From positions 1 to 64,000 of the forward strand of contig JBBFKZ010000002.1 of the NCBI GenBank assembly GCA_037481775.1: DNA of 64,000 nucleotides, read 5' to 3'. A program made the translations under genes and the position numbers. The DNA is from Candidatus Bathyarchaeia archaeon (GTDB lineage: Archaea; Thermoproteota; Bathyarchaeia; Bathyarchaeales; Bathycorpusculaceae). The notes under the pieces are model-generated. The model did not search any database. It was not told the DNA's origin and saw only the letters and a program-made list of their open reading frames with translations. Below, in pieces: positions 48,404 through 58,556 of the stretch (its first letter is position 1; every line of letters starts with the position of its first letter).

Positions 48404-49477
48404 TTGTGTGCTGTGGCGTTTGTGGCTGCGCCGGTTTTGGCGGATGGAGGAAAAGCGAGGTGGGGCGTTAAGGTTGTGGTGGTGCTGCTGTGCCTGGTAA
48501 TATTGTTGGTTGCGTTCTCTCAATGTGTGCCTGTTTCTGCTTCGTCGTCGAGGGCTGCGGTGGTTTGGGGTTCGGAGAGCATAGGCGCGTATAATTCGAA
48601 CTTGGGGTTTAGTTGGCGTAAGCATCCGAATGAGGTTACGTATCAGCGGTATATCAGCGGCAACGTTGTCAACTATTTTGGCTCCAACGGCTACTCTGCG
48701 TTTAATATGCAGGGGAATCCTGGTTCGGTGAAGAGCTATGTTCTTTCTACGCTTCAGAGTTTAACCAGCAATTATGATAGCGTGGCAGTAATAGTATTTG
48801 ATCACGGAGTTGGCAGAGATGACTACTCACAAGCACCACTAGGTGAATTTCATTTTATGTTCGAAGATAACATAGGCATTGAGTTAGGCTCATATCCCGG
48901 TATAGATCAACCAAATAACGGAGTTTATGACATGGATATCTATCCAAGGACTACTTCACGAAAAATAATGTTTGCGTTCGTTAGCACATGCATGTCCGCA
49001 AGTCTCTGGCATCCAATTTCAGGAGAACTGTGGCAGGGACTCGTGAATGGCCGGGCGCGCGGGCTACCCTTTGCATTTACTCAGCGTACCGTGAGATCCC
49101 AAGGCACAGGTTTTAACGTGACACAGCATATAAGTGTCGACGGATATGCAGTGCCAGACAGTGGCTCTCAATGTTATATAGGCTTTACATACGGTTCTGC
49201 GTCTCTTATTCAACGCATACCCTATAACACAGGAATTGAGTATATGCATTGGGTTAACAGTTTCTTCTATTATGCCCTATTCTATCAGATGACAGTAAAC
49301 CAAGCTCTAGACCACGCTTCATGGCAACATTGGGGCAACTATTTTGTGAATTCTCCCCTCAACACAGGATTCACAGCAGTATGGCCGTTTTATTATAATG
49401 GACAATGGAACAATCATTACGGGGCTGGCTCTAGAATGGCCGTTTACGGCAATGGAAATATATGTCTAAAAGCGTGA
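48404..49477 (+). CDS. Secreted protein with putative caspase/gingipain-like His-Cys dyad
   Basis: Hydrophobic N-terminus; VIVFDHG and FAFVSTC motifs; C-terminal MAVYGNGNI. Confidence 0.6.
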   Translation: MCAVAFVAAPVLADGGKARWGVKVVVVLLCLVILLVAFSQCVPVSASSSRAAVVWGSESIGAYNSNLGFSWRKHPNEVTYQRYISGNVVNYFGSNGYSAFNMQGNPGSVKSYVLSTLQSLTSNYDSVAVIVFDHGVGRDDYSQAPLGEFHFMFEDNIGIELGSYPGIDQPNNGVYDMDIYPRTTSRKIMFAFVSTCMSASLWHPISGELWQGLVNGRARGLPFAFTQRTVRSQGTGFNVTQHISVDGYAVPDSGSQCYIGFTYGSASLIQRIPYNTGIEYMHWVNSFFYYALFYQMTVNQALDHASWQHWGNYFVNSPLNTGFTAVWPFYYNGQWNNHYGAGSRMAVYGNGNICLKA

Positions 49478-49486
49478 GGATCCAAC

Positions 49487-51088
49487 ATGATCACCTACAG
49501 CAAAATATTCCATCTGCTTCATCTTTTTCCTCATTTTTTTATTACATGCACATTAAAAATGTCGCTATCAAAAATTTACGGGGCGCGTGTAATTATTTTT
49601 GCTTTCGGCTCAGTTTTGCTTATCTTTTTTGCCTTTGCACAATCAAGTTTAGTTTATGCCGATGACGCGTATGGAAATCTTGGTCAAAAGCTAGGGATCA
49701 GCAACTGGGTTAAAGACGAGTACCACAGCTTGAGCGCTACCCAAGTTGTATCACAAACTGAGGGATTATGGCAGAACGGCAGTGCATGGGAGGTAATGGG
49801 TGAGATGTATACTCCCCGAGGAGGATTAGGTGCAGCAGCAGTAAATGGCAAAATTTACGCGTTAGGTGGCTCCGTCCATTCACACTGGCCGGGTTATACT
49901 TATCCTTCTGTTGTGGATGCTAATGAAGAGTATGATCCTATAGCGAACCGTTGGGTTTCTAGGAAACCTATGCCCACCGCTAGAGCTTATTTTGGAATAG
50001 CAGTTTACCATGGCATGATCTACTGCATAGGTGGGTTCTCAAGTGATGGGGCAACTGGTGTGGTTGAGGTTTACGACCCTACAATTGATACATGGGAACC
50101 TAGGTCACCTTTACCTACTGAGGCGTTGGTTGAAGTGAAAAGCATGTCTCACTTTGAGACATCTGCCGCTGTGTTAAAGGATAAGATTCATGTGGTGGTT
50201 AGTGGAGGCGGCCATTATGTCTATGACCCGGAAACTGATACTTGGACAAGGAAGACACCACTGCCCGTAAGCAAATTTAACAACGTTTTAGTGGAGTTGG
50301 AAGCGAAGTTGTACGCGATATCTGAAGATAGCATGTACGTCTACGATTCGGAGAACGATTCATGGAGAGCGATGACGCCCCCTCCAACACCCTTATATCA
50401 TGCAACCGCAGTAGCCACGAGTGGATATTTAGCCGAGAAAATGATATGTGTTTTCTCCTCGGATCTCATAGTTCCGGTTTTTGGGTATTCGAAAGCGGGA
50501 TACACATTCATCTATTTCCCGGAAAACGACTCTTGGATCCAGAGCGCAAGCATGCCTACTGGCCGCGTCTACCCTGGAGTCGCCGCATACAAAGATATTA
50601 TCTACGTGATAGGCGGATTCACGCCAGTAGTCTCCGACATAGTGAAGCCCAGCAACAAAATTGAGCGTTTTCTGCCGCCGGGCTATGGTATGGTGCCGCC
50701 GCTTGTGCGTGTGCTTTCGCCTGAAAACACGACTTACGCGACGGGGAATGTTTCCTTGGTTTTCGCGGTGGATCGCCCGGTGGTCTGGATGGGCTATAGC
50801 TTGAATGGTCATGCGCGTAGGCCTGTGGATGGGAATGTTACGTTGGTTGGGCTGGCTGAGGGCGCTTATGCGTTGACAGTTTACGCCGTTGACGGCTTCG
50901 GCAACACTGCCGCGTCGGAAACTGTATGCTTTGCTGTGGTAAATCCCGTTAAGGCCATGTTGCTTCAAGCTTTAGCCGTGATCCTGCCTGCTGCAGTGGC
51001 CATTGTTGCTGTGGTGGTAATCAAGCGTTACAAACGCAGACGCCCTCAGCCTAAACAATCTGACATCACGTTTTCAGGTTCTGGATGA
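49487..51088 (+). CDS. Kelch-repeat surface protein with Ig-like domain and C-terminal TM anchor
   Basis: KIYALGG...EYDP..N.W and IYCIGG...VYDP..DTW repeats; SPENTTY...YSLNG...VYAVD..GN module; TM plus KRRR. Confidence 0.88.
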   Translation: MITYSKIFHLLHLFPHFFITCTLKMSLSKIYGARVIIFAFGSVLLIFFAFAQSSLVYADDAYGNLGQKLGISNWVKDEYHSLSATQVVSQTEGLWQNGSAWEVMGEMYTPRGGLGAAAVNGKIYALGGSVHSHWPGYTYPSVVDANEEYDPIANRWVSRKPMPTARAYFGIAVYHGMIYCIGGFSSDGATGVVEVYDPTIDTWEPRSPLPTEALVEVKSMSHFETSAAVLKDKIHVVVSGGGHYVYDPETDTWTRKTPLPVSKFNNVLVELEAKLYAISEDSMYVYDSENDSWRAMTPPPTPLYHATAVATSGYLAEKMICVFSSDLIVPVFGYSKAGYTFIYFPENDSWIQSASMPTGRVYPGVAAYKDIIYVIGGFTPVVSDIVKPSNKIERFLPPGYGMVPPLVRVLSPENTTYATGNVSLVFAVDRPVVWMGYSLNGHARRPVDGNVTLVGLAEGAYALTVYAVDGFGNTAASETVCFAVVNPVKAMLLQALAVILPAAVAIVAVVVIKRYKRRRPQPKQSDITFSGSG

Positions 51089-51210
51089 ATTTCCAGAAAA
51101 AAGATGGACAATGCTGTTTTTAGTTTTACGCTTTTTTGCTTCTTTCACTTATGATGCTGAAATTAGGGGTTTTTATCGTAACTCTTATATCATAAAGGTT
51201 TTATCTAAAT

Positions 51211-52293
51211 TTGCTTGTGAGCTTGATGGCTTCGAAAAAAGCGCCTTTGTACATGGTCACTTGGAGATGTACGCGGAGATGTGTAGGCAACTGCATGTAT
51301 TGCAGTTACACGCCTGAATACGCTAAAGACGCTGAAGTAGATACTAAGACTGCATGCAAGATTGTAGATGAAATTTATAATTTCGGCTCTCCCTGGTTCG
51401 GCATTAGCGGCGGCGAACCCTTGGTTCGCGAAGACATCTTTGATGTAATAGCATATGCGAAAAAGATTGGTTTCGAAGTTAGCCTCATAACCAGCGGGTT
51501 TGCCTTTGATGAGAAGCGGCTTAATAACCTTGTTCGTCATGAAGTTCACACAGCCGTCAGCATCGACGGCGCTAGGGAGTCAAACGACATTATACGCGGC
51601 AAGGGTAGCTATGATAAGGCGCTTTACGCTATGAAACGTCTATCAGAAAATGGCATCCTCGACTGCATAGTTACAACTATGACTAAGTATAACCTCAAAG
51701 ACGCTGAGCATGTGGTTAAGCTGGCAGCTGAACACAAAGCCCGAATGGTTGTTTTCCACAATTTGGTGCCCGTAGGCCGCGCTGATCCTAACATGCCTAA
51801 TTTGGCGCCTTCTCCTGAGGAATATGAGTGGGCGTTTAACAACATTTACGATCTGCAAGTCAAGTATGCTGATCAAGTGCATGTAAATGTTTATGCACCC
51901 TTTTACGCTCGAATTGTGCGCCAACGAAACCCAGCTGACTTCTGGGACTGGTTCACCCAGCGTTTTCTGGGTAAGTGCACAATCGGCGGAAACTACATCA
52001 GCGTCACAGAAAACGGAGACTACCGATCATGCGGTTTCCACGAAGGCTACCGTGTTGGAAACGTTAAATCTAAAGGTTTGCGTGAAACATGGGATGAGCT
52101 GCAGCGTTCCGAACTTCACCTTAAACTAAGAGACAAAAGCAACATTAAGGGCAAGTGCGGCGTCTGCGAGTACCGCGAAATCTGCGGAGGCTGCCGCACA
52201 CGCGCCGAATATTACACCGGCGACTTATTCCAAAGCGATCCTGCTTGTGCATATGTGCCTAAGGTACTTCGAGAAGCGCAATCAGGGCAATAA
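51211..52293 (+). CDS. Radical SAM/SPASM protein (paralog of 41382-42500)
   Basis: CVGNCMYC, SGGEPL, SIDG and KGKCGVCEYREICGGCR motifs. Confidence 0.9.
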   Translation: MLVSLMASKKAPLYMVTWRCTRRCVGNCMYCSYTPEYAKDAEVDTKTACKIVDEIYNFGSPWFGISGGEPLVREDIFDVIAYAKKIGFEVSLITSGFAFDEKRLNNLVRHEVHTAVSIDGARESNDIIRGKGSYDKALYAMKRLSENGILDCIVTTMTKYNLKDAEHVVKLAAEHKARMVVFHNLVPVGRADPNMPNLAPSPEEYEWAFNNIYDLQVKYADQVHVNVYAPFYARIVRQRNPADFWDWFTQRFLGKCTIGGNYISVTENGDYRSCGFHEGYRVGNVKSKGLRETWDELQRSELHLKLRDKSNIKGKCGVCEYREICGGCRTRAEYYTGDLFQSDPACAYVPKVLREAQSGQ

Positions 52294-52344
52294 TCCTCTT
52301 TCCTTGTCTACCTGCACTTTCAACTTGTAGTTAAGTAAATTCTC

Positions 52345-54642
52345 TTAGAAGTTACTCTTAATTTTGAAAATTACGTATCTGTCATTTGAATAGATTACTT
52401 CTAAACGTCTGCAGCCGATAATTTTTGTGTCAAGTTTGTTTCTGTCATAAACGATAAATTTGATGTTACGTTCTTTGATGAATTCATGGTAGTCTCGGCT
52501 TCGTACTTCAAAAGGCGTAGCGAGTTTAGCTGTAAATAGACTTTTCACCTCGCTTAGCCGCATCATTTCAGGCTGGCTGTTTTTCGAAAACGTAAGAATT
52601 TGATACGTGAAAGAGGCCGTTTGGTTAACGCTGATCCTGTCAAAGTTGTACTGAACGCGCACAGCGTCTATCTGGTTGCTTGCCAAAACACCCACGTTTC
52701 CCCAATCAGGTAGCTCGCTAAAGCTCAGTGCAAAGATTACCTCGTTTTTTGCATCATAGAAACCGATGTAGTTATCTGTCAAGGTTGAGCGGGTAAAGTT
52801 CACTACTGCCCAATCATTTCCGTGAATGTACGTGGGGCGGCTCCAGGGGTTTTCCCAGCTTAATACTCCTGGAACATACGCCTTCTCGAAGGAGAATTGT
52901 AAGTCAAAGAAAGTACTCAAATACAGTGAGACATTGCTGACGCTACTTTTTAGAGGCGATACTGCCCAAGTAACATTTATTGGGTATCTGTCGTTTTGAA
53001 TTAAAATCGTTTGTTTAATGCTTATTTCATCATTGAAGTAGCGGATTAACAGCTTTTTAGTAGAAGCCGCGTCGTCAAAAATCGTTTCCCTGTTAAAATT
53101 AGACAACTGTGTTCTTTTTTCAACGCCGTCTACATTGTATGAGATGAAGTTCCCATCTGCTGCCGAGTATGAGACCATGTACCAAACATGGTTTATGGAA
53201 ACGTAGCTTTCGTCAGAAACATCACCTTTGGTCATGTCATACACCCTGATCAAAGTTAGCGGGTGCTCAACTTCGTAAGTTAAGTCTAAAACCGCCTCAG
53301 CAATTACGTTTCTTTCGACTGTAGGACTCGTCTGCGCTATAACAGTCTTGCCTGAGAACAGTTGGAACCAAAAACCGGGAACTTCTGTAACAACCACGGT
53401 TGCTTCTTCTTGAAAATTGTTCCTAAGCCAAACGCCTGCATCGTACGCTTTCAAATCAGTTGTTGAATAGTACACGCTGGCTTCCATGATTTTCCCATAG
53501 ACGACTCCTGAACGAAACAGAAAAATCAAAGATGCCAAAACAATAAGCACAAGAATTATCGCCTGCAACTGTATCTTCTTCCATCTTCTTTTGTACTTGA
53601 GATAGAAGGCTGCGACCTGATCAATTATAGCTGTACACGCAACGGCTGCTAGAATAGCCATGGGCGGCATCAAATAATAAACGAACCATTGAAAAGGTAG
53701 ATATAACCCAAACATATGCGATTGCGACAAAACAAGGGGCACAAGGAAACTTAAGAGTAAAATCAGAAAGCACGTCAAGTGCTTTTCTGCTTTTAATGTA
53801 GAGAATGCAATAAAAATGCCGACTAGCGCAATTATGAGTATGAACCCAAAATTCATCATGAAAGCGTTAAGGCTGACGTATGGAATCTGATAGACGTAAG
53901 CCTTCTGCGTTAGGAATACATGCTCAATGAGCACGTCAACGTACGCTATTGTCGCCTTGAAATAGTAAAGGAAAAACGCTAACCCGCCGCCCAGAATCAA
54001 TGCCACTAACGCTTTGAAGTATGTACCCCTAGATTTTATGAGTAAAACGAGGAGGATTGGTGGAAGGATTAAGGCGATTACAAACGTGGTCAACTGATGG
54101 GACAAAACTAACGAAAAGCCTGCTAAGAAGGTAATTACAACATGTGTGAAATCTTTTGCTGAAGGCAAATATAAGAGTAGCAGGAGCATGAAAGCTAATC
54201 CAAGTATGGTTGTGTAGCCGCCCCACAGGTTGATTTCATACATTGGAACACACATTAAAAGTAAAATTGCGGCGGCAACCCCTGTTTTTTTGCTGAAAAA
54301 TTTGACGCCAATTAAATAAACAGATAACACCAGTAGCCAGTCGATAATTACGGCAGCCGCCTTAACCAAAAAGATCATCTGCTCAATGCTGCTTGCACCA
54401 GTAAAAGAAATGAACGCCGCAAGCATGATCGAGTAGAGTGGCGGCGCCCAACCCAGGTTTTCTAAGGGTATCTTGCCAGTTCGTAGAAATATCTGGGCCT
54501 TTTCTAAATGGACAGCAGGATCATTTCCTAGAACCACGCCGTTCATTGATATGAGCGCATAAAAAAGCACCAAAATAAATATTGAGAAAGCCATCCCGAA
54601 AATCGCTTCGAAAAATTTTTGGTTTTCAAGTTTCTGCGCCAA
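52345..54642 (-). CDS. Multi-TM GT-C-like glycosyltransferase (paralog 2)
   Basis: GNDPAVH in the first loop; PPLY, WGGY and LSH motifs; many TM helices then a soluble C-terminal domain. Confidence 0.72.
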   Translation of the reverse strand: MAQKLENQKFFEAIFGMAFSIFILVLFYALISMNGVVLGNDPAVHLEKAQIFLRTGKIPLENLGWAPPLYSIMLAAFISFTGASSIEQMIFLVKAAAVIIDWLLVLSVYLIGVKFFSKKTGVAAAILLLMCVPMYEINLWGGYTTILGLAFMLLLLLYLPSAKDFTHVVITFLAGFSLVLSHQLTTFVIALILPPILLVLLIKSRGTYFKALVALILGGGLAFFLYYFKATIAYVDVLIEHVFLTQKAYVYQIPYVSLNAFMMNFGFILIIALVGIFIAFSTLKAEKHLTCFLILLLSFLVPLVLSQSHMFGLYLPFQWFVYYLMPPMAILAAVACTAIIDQVAAFYLKYKRRWKKIQLQAIILVLIVLASLIFLFRSGVVYGKIMEASVYYSTTDLKAYDAGVWLRNNFQEEATVVVTEVPGFWFQLFSGKTVIAQTSPTVERNVIAEAVLDLTYEVEHPLTLIRVYDMTKGDVSDESYVSINHVWYMVSYSAADGNFISYNVDGVEKRTQLSNFNRETIFDDAASTKKLLIRYFNDEISIKQTILIQNDRYPINVTWAVSPLKSSVSNVSLYLSTFFDLQFSFEKAYVPGVLSWENPWSRPTYIHGNDWAVVNFTRSTLTDNYIGFYDAKNEVIFALSFSELPDWGNVGVLASNQIDAVRVQYNFDRISVNQTASFTYQILTFSKNSQPEMMRLSEVKSLFTAKLATPFEVRSRDYHEFIKERNIKFIVYDRNKLDTKIIGCRRLEVIYSNDRYVIFKIKSNF

Positions 54643-54668
54643 GACTGCAGTTGCCTCCTCTCTTGGGT

Positions 54669-57026
54669 TTAAGATCGTTTAACCCCAAATATTGCTACCT
54701 CATCGTTAATAAACGCGAGGTTAAACATGGGATCCTTTGCGAATTTTGGGATTAATTCCGTATCTCGACAGGCAACATAGGAAATAGCCCAGTCTTTTAT
54801 TGCTTTCTTGTAATCAAATACAAAGATGCCGTACTCTTTCTCCTCTTGATGTGGTTTAAGCAGCTTGCCTTCTTGAAGCGATTCAAGATTACTCAAGACT
54901 ATGTCCGTCATGCTCTTTTTTGTGTTTTCTGGGTTTTTATACGTGCTTGGGTTGTCTGTAACCGAAAAAGCGCTTGCTAGAAGCTGAATCTGCGCTTTAG
55001 ATTTACCTTTCAAGTTGTATTCTAATTCGAGTATGCATGGATTTTCATTGTTGACCACTTTGAGGTTTAATTCTGATTCATCGAAAATCAATTGCGCCAA
55101 AGCTTTCACGCCCTCATCTAACAAACCGACTGTTTTATTTTGGAGTGTAACTATTACCTTGCCTTTACTGTGCACTGTGAACGTAAGCCAGTCCAAACAA
55201 ACGTCATCAAGTGTACTCTCTAAAGTAACGGTCATGTTAACAAACTGTGCTCCTTTATAAACTGTTGTTAACTGCGTGTAATTGAAAAAGTCATTGCCCT
55301 TTTTCACGGTGATAGTGGCGTGCATTTGCTCGGCGTCGTTTTCCACCAGCATTTCTTTTACTGAAAGCTGAATTAAGCTTAAAGACTGCACTTCTTCGCC
55401 AATGCGGTATTTGATTTCTGTTGCGCTGTTATTGAAGTGCATGAAAGGATAGGGGAAATAGGTCCAGTTTAGCTTAGCCAGAAACATCGGGTTATGTCTT
55501 CCAATGTAGCCGCCGTCTTCTCGAACCTGAATTAGTCCATTATCGATTAGGTAATCTGTGTCAAGCAGGTTTTTCGCTATCTTTGCAGGTTCAAGCTCGC
55601 GGGCAAGCGTCAAATACTGCGGATCAACAGCGCTTAAGGTTGGGCGTTCTGCGAAACCTGAAAACCACCAACCATAGAGCGCATCGGAGACAAACACTGA
55701 ACCTGCAGGGGTATTCTGCCTAGCCCATTCTATTGCTTCATAGCCTTTGTCATTCATTACTTGGTAGAAGCTTTGCACTGTTACCCCTTGAATGGGAGTT
55801 ACGAAGAGTGGTACGCATAAAAACGAGAACAGCAACAAGCCGAGAACAAAGCCAGTGTAGAGGTTTTTACGCGACAAGCGCCGCATGAGTTTTGAGCTTG
55901 CCTTGCTTACGCTCTTCGTCGTTGGTGCGTTTTTGGTTAGGGATAAGTACGTGTCTATTATGCGAGCAAAGAAGGCTGCGCCATGATCAATTCCAAGGCC
56001 AATCAAGATTATAATTGGCAATATGATGAAGTATAAGAATCGATTATAGTCTGTATACATTCCCACCAAGTATCCCTGGGTAAAAGTCATGGGCACTAAG
56101 ATCCATGAAACGAAGAGAAAGACGGGAACTGTGAAGAAATTGCCTTTGTATTTTTTAGAGAACAAGAAGAAAAAGATAACCGAGCCGAAAAGGGGAATCA
56201 CCCACTCTAGAGGAAGTACTCTTGTCGAAAGCAGTGCTTGCCGGATGTCTGATATGCCGCCTGTAAATGCTTCTCTATTGTCACTTAAATAAGCCGGTGC
56301 AACTTCAACCAGAAAAGGCGAAACAAGCACTGCCCCGAGGATAACGGGTAAAAACCATGTGAGAACCTGCCTTTTTGACATGCCAGTTTTTCTGGAAAAA
56401 ATTAAAGTAAAAATCGAAGCGACAAATGTTATGCCCAAGAACATACTTGCACTTAGGGAGTGCGATAGGAACAGCGTTCCAGATAAAAGGGAGGTTGCGG
56501 CGAGAAACGGCAGCAACGAAAATTTGTTTTTTTGCAAGAATAAGTAAAAAATTAAAGGTATGAGCATCAACGTTATGACATTAGGGTAGCCTCCCCACAG
56601 TAGCATTTCTATGTCAAACCGCGAAATTGCCACTAAAAACGCGATTATTAAGGCAGTTGATTCCATCCACACCGCTCGTGTGATTAGATACGCAACTAAT
56701 ACAATGAGTGCGGAAAAAAAGGAAACAACTAGCGAGTGGGTCAAATAATCAGGAATGCCTGTTAATAAAATTATGTAGGACACGAAGATGTGGTATCCTG
56801 GGAATGTTAGGGAAAGCCCGCCGCCCATTTGATAGTTGTTCCAGAGGAAATCTGTATTACCAGAAAGCACAATTGACTTGATGACGCTTTGGTGTAACCC
56901 GATGTCAGCGCCTGGCGGGTAAATTGCCCAGCTCATCAGCAGTATCCGATATAGAAAGGCAATTGTTAAAATAAGGAACAGCAGGCGCGTCTCACTTGCT
57001 ATTTTGTGCATTTTCAGCCTTCCCAA
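54669..57026 (-). CDS. Multi-TM GT-C-like glycosyltransferase (paralog 1)
   Basis: GADIGLH, FPGYH, WGGYPN, LSH, RFLYF and AIEWARQNTP motifs; tandem paralog of 52345-54642. Confidence 0.72.
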   Translation of the reverse strand: MGRLKMHKIASETRLLFLILTIAFLYRILLMSWAIYPPGADIGLHQSVIKSIVLSGNTDFLWNNYQMGGGLSLTFPGYHIFVSYIILLTGIPDYLTHSLVVSFFSALIVLVAYLITRAVWMESTALIIAFLVAISRFDIEMLLWGGYPNVITLMLIPLIFYLFLQKNKFSLLPFLAATSLLSGTLFLSHSLSASMFLGITFVASIFTLIFSRKTGMSKRQVLTWFLPVILGAVLVSPFLVEVAPAYLSDNREAFTGGISDIRQALLSTRVLPLEWVIPLFGSVIFFFLFSKKYKGNFFTVPVFLFVSWILVPMTFTQGYLVGMYTDYNRFLYFIILPIIILIGLGIDHGAAFFARIIDTYLSLTKNAPTTKSVSKASSKLMRRLSRKNLYTGFVLGLLLFSFLCVPLFVTPIQGVTVQSFYQVMNDKGYEAIEWARQNTPAGSVFVSDALYGWWFSGFAERPTLSAVDPQYLTLARELEPAKIAKNLLDTDYLIDNGLIQVREDGGYIGRHNPMFLAKLNWTYFPYPFMHFNNSATEIKYRIGEEVQSLSLIQLSVKEMLVENDAEQMHATITVKKGNDFFNYTQLTTVYKGAQFVNMTVTLESTLDDVCLDWLTFTVHSKGKVIVTLQNKTVGLLDEGVKALAQLIFDESELNLKVVNNENPCILELEYNLKGKSKAQIQLLASAFSVTDNPSTYKNPENTKKSMTDIVLSNLESLQEGKLLKPHQEEKEYGIFVFDYKKAIKDWAISYVACRDTELIPKFAKDPMFNLAFINDEVAIFGVKRS

Positions 57027-57135
57027 GCATGTTTTTCTTATTTCTTGAATGGTTAATATAGATTCAGAGTTAAAGTTTAAATATGATATTCAAATATAAA
57101 AAGCGAGGGTAAAACCTGAAGGGAAGTAAGTTAAA

Positions 57136-57570
57136 ATGTCATGGCTTAAATCTATGATGGAAAAAGAGCCACCTGAACCTGAAAACCCACTTGGAACCGT
57201 TGTTATCGGCAATCTTGAACCCGACATGCATGATACCGCCAAAGAAGCGGTTAGGAAGGCATTGAAGCGCGCTGGCTTCAAAACTGTCGATGCAGGCAAA
57301 AGTGTTGCACCGCAAGTTTTTGTAGACAAAGTCAAAGAGTCCAATGCTGATATACTGGCACTTTCAATTAACACGGTGCCTGCGAAAAACAACCTTGCAA
57401 AACTGGATGAATCGCTGAAAGCTGCTGGGCTTAAAGGAAAACTGATAATTATCATGGGCGGTGCCGCGGTGAAAAAGGAAGATGCTGATGCTTTCGGAGC
57501 TTTATTCGGTAAGAATAAGGAAGAAGGCGTTGAACTAGCAAAGAAAGCAATAGCTGAAAAGAAAAAGTAA
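57136..57570 (+). CDS. Stand-alone corrinoid (B12-binding domain) protein
   Basis: VVIGNLEPDMHDTAK (DxH base-off motif), DILALS and IMGGAAV motifs; no cap domain. Confidence 0.85.
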   Translation: MSWLKSMMEKEPPEPENPLGTVVIGNLEPDMHDTAKEAVRKALKRAGFKTVDAGKSVAPQVFVDKVKESNADILALSINTVPAKNNLAKLDESLKAAGLKGKLIIIMGGAAVKKEDADAFGALFGKNKEEGVELAKKAIAEKKK

Positions 57571-57593
57571 ATTTTAGGTTCAGATGAGGCAAG

Positions 57594-58502
57594 ATGTTTA
57601 AGTTCAATACAGAACAAAAGGTATACCAAATAGGAAAAGTGCAAGTAGGCGGTCAACCAGGAGAGCTACCAACTTTCTTGATAGGCTCTATTTTCTGGCT
57701 TGGTCAGAAAATGGTGCAAGACGCGAACAGAGGAATATTTGACGCAAAAGAAGCGGAAGCGATAATCAACAAGATGGAGACATTGCGCGACTTGACTGGT
57801 GTGCCATTTGCTTTAGATGTCGTTGGAACCACCGAGGAAGCTTTTTCAAAGTATATTCCTTTCGTTGCTGACAAAACTGATGCGCCGATTATGTTGGACG
57901 CCATGAGCCCGAAGACGCGTATGGCGGGCGCGGAAATCATCAAGAATGCTGGTCTTCAAGACAGGTGCATATACAACTCATTCTACAAAGGTGTCTCCAA
58001 AGCTGAAGCGGCGAAGGTCAAGGAATGCGGGATCACTGCGTCAATCGTGCTGGCTGACAATCCAAAGGATAATAGCCTTGAAGGGAAAATGCAAGTCTTA
58101 GAAGAAGCTTTAGCCTTGGCCAAAGAGGGTGGAATCACAAAACCGTTGATTGACACTGCTATTCCCGCGTTTGAACCAGACATGGGCACTGCTGTTAGAG
58201 CGATACCAAAAATAAAGGAGAAATACGGTCATCCGACGGGATTGGGCACTGGAAACGTTGTTACCACTATGGGCTGGGTTAAGGCACATGTTCCTAAGGA
58301 ATTCCGTCTTGGCACTAGAACTGCTACCAATGCTATAATGCAGACTCTGGGTGCTAACTGGCTGATGTTCGGGCCGGCTGAGCAGTCTGACTTCGTCTTC
58401 CCCGCAGTGGCTATAGTTGACACGTATATTGCATCTGCGATGGGCGACTTGGACATTAGACCGCTACATGAGCAGCATCCGATCTACAAGATCTTTCTCT
58501 AA
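57594..58502 (+). CDS. mtrH: MtrH-family pterin:corrinoid methyltransferase
   Basis: MFKFNTEQKV, GGQPGELPTFLIGSIF, IYNS, PLIDTA and GANWLMFGP motifs. Confidence 0.9.
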   Translation: MFKFNTEQKVYQIGKVQVGGQPGELPTFLIGSIFWLGQKMVQDANRGIFDAKEAEAIINKMETLRDLTGVPFALDVVGTTEEAFSKYIPFVADKTDAPIMLDAMSPKTRMAGAEIIKNAGLQDRCIYNSFYKGVSKAEAAKVKECGITASIVLADNPKDNSLEGKMQVLEEALALAKEGGITKPLIDTAIPAFEPDMGTAVRAIPKIKEKYGHPTGLGTGNVVTTMGWVKAHVPKEFRLGTRTATNAIMQTLGANWLMFGPAEQSDFVFPAVAIVDTYIASAMGDLDIRPLHEQHPIYKIFL

Positions 58503-58556
58503 TTCTCTCTTTTTATTTTTTGAAGTTTGCTTTAAATTTGTTGAAGGATAAAAAGG

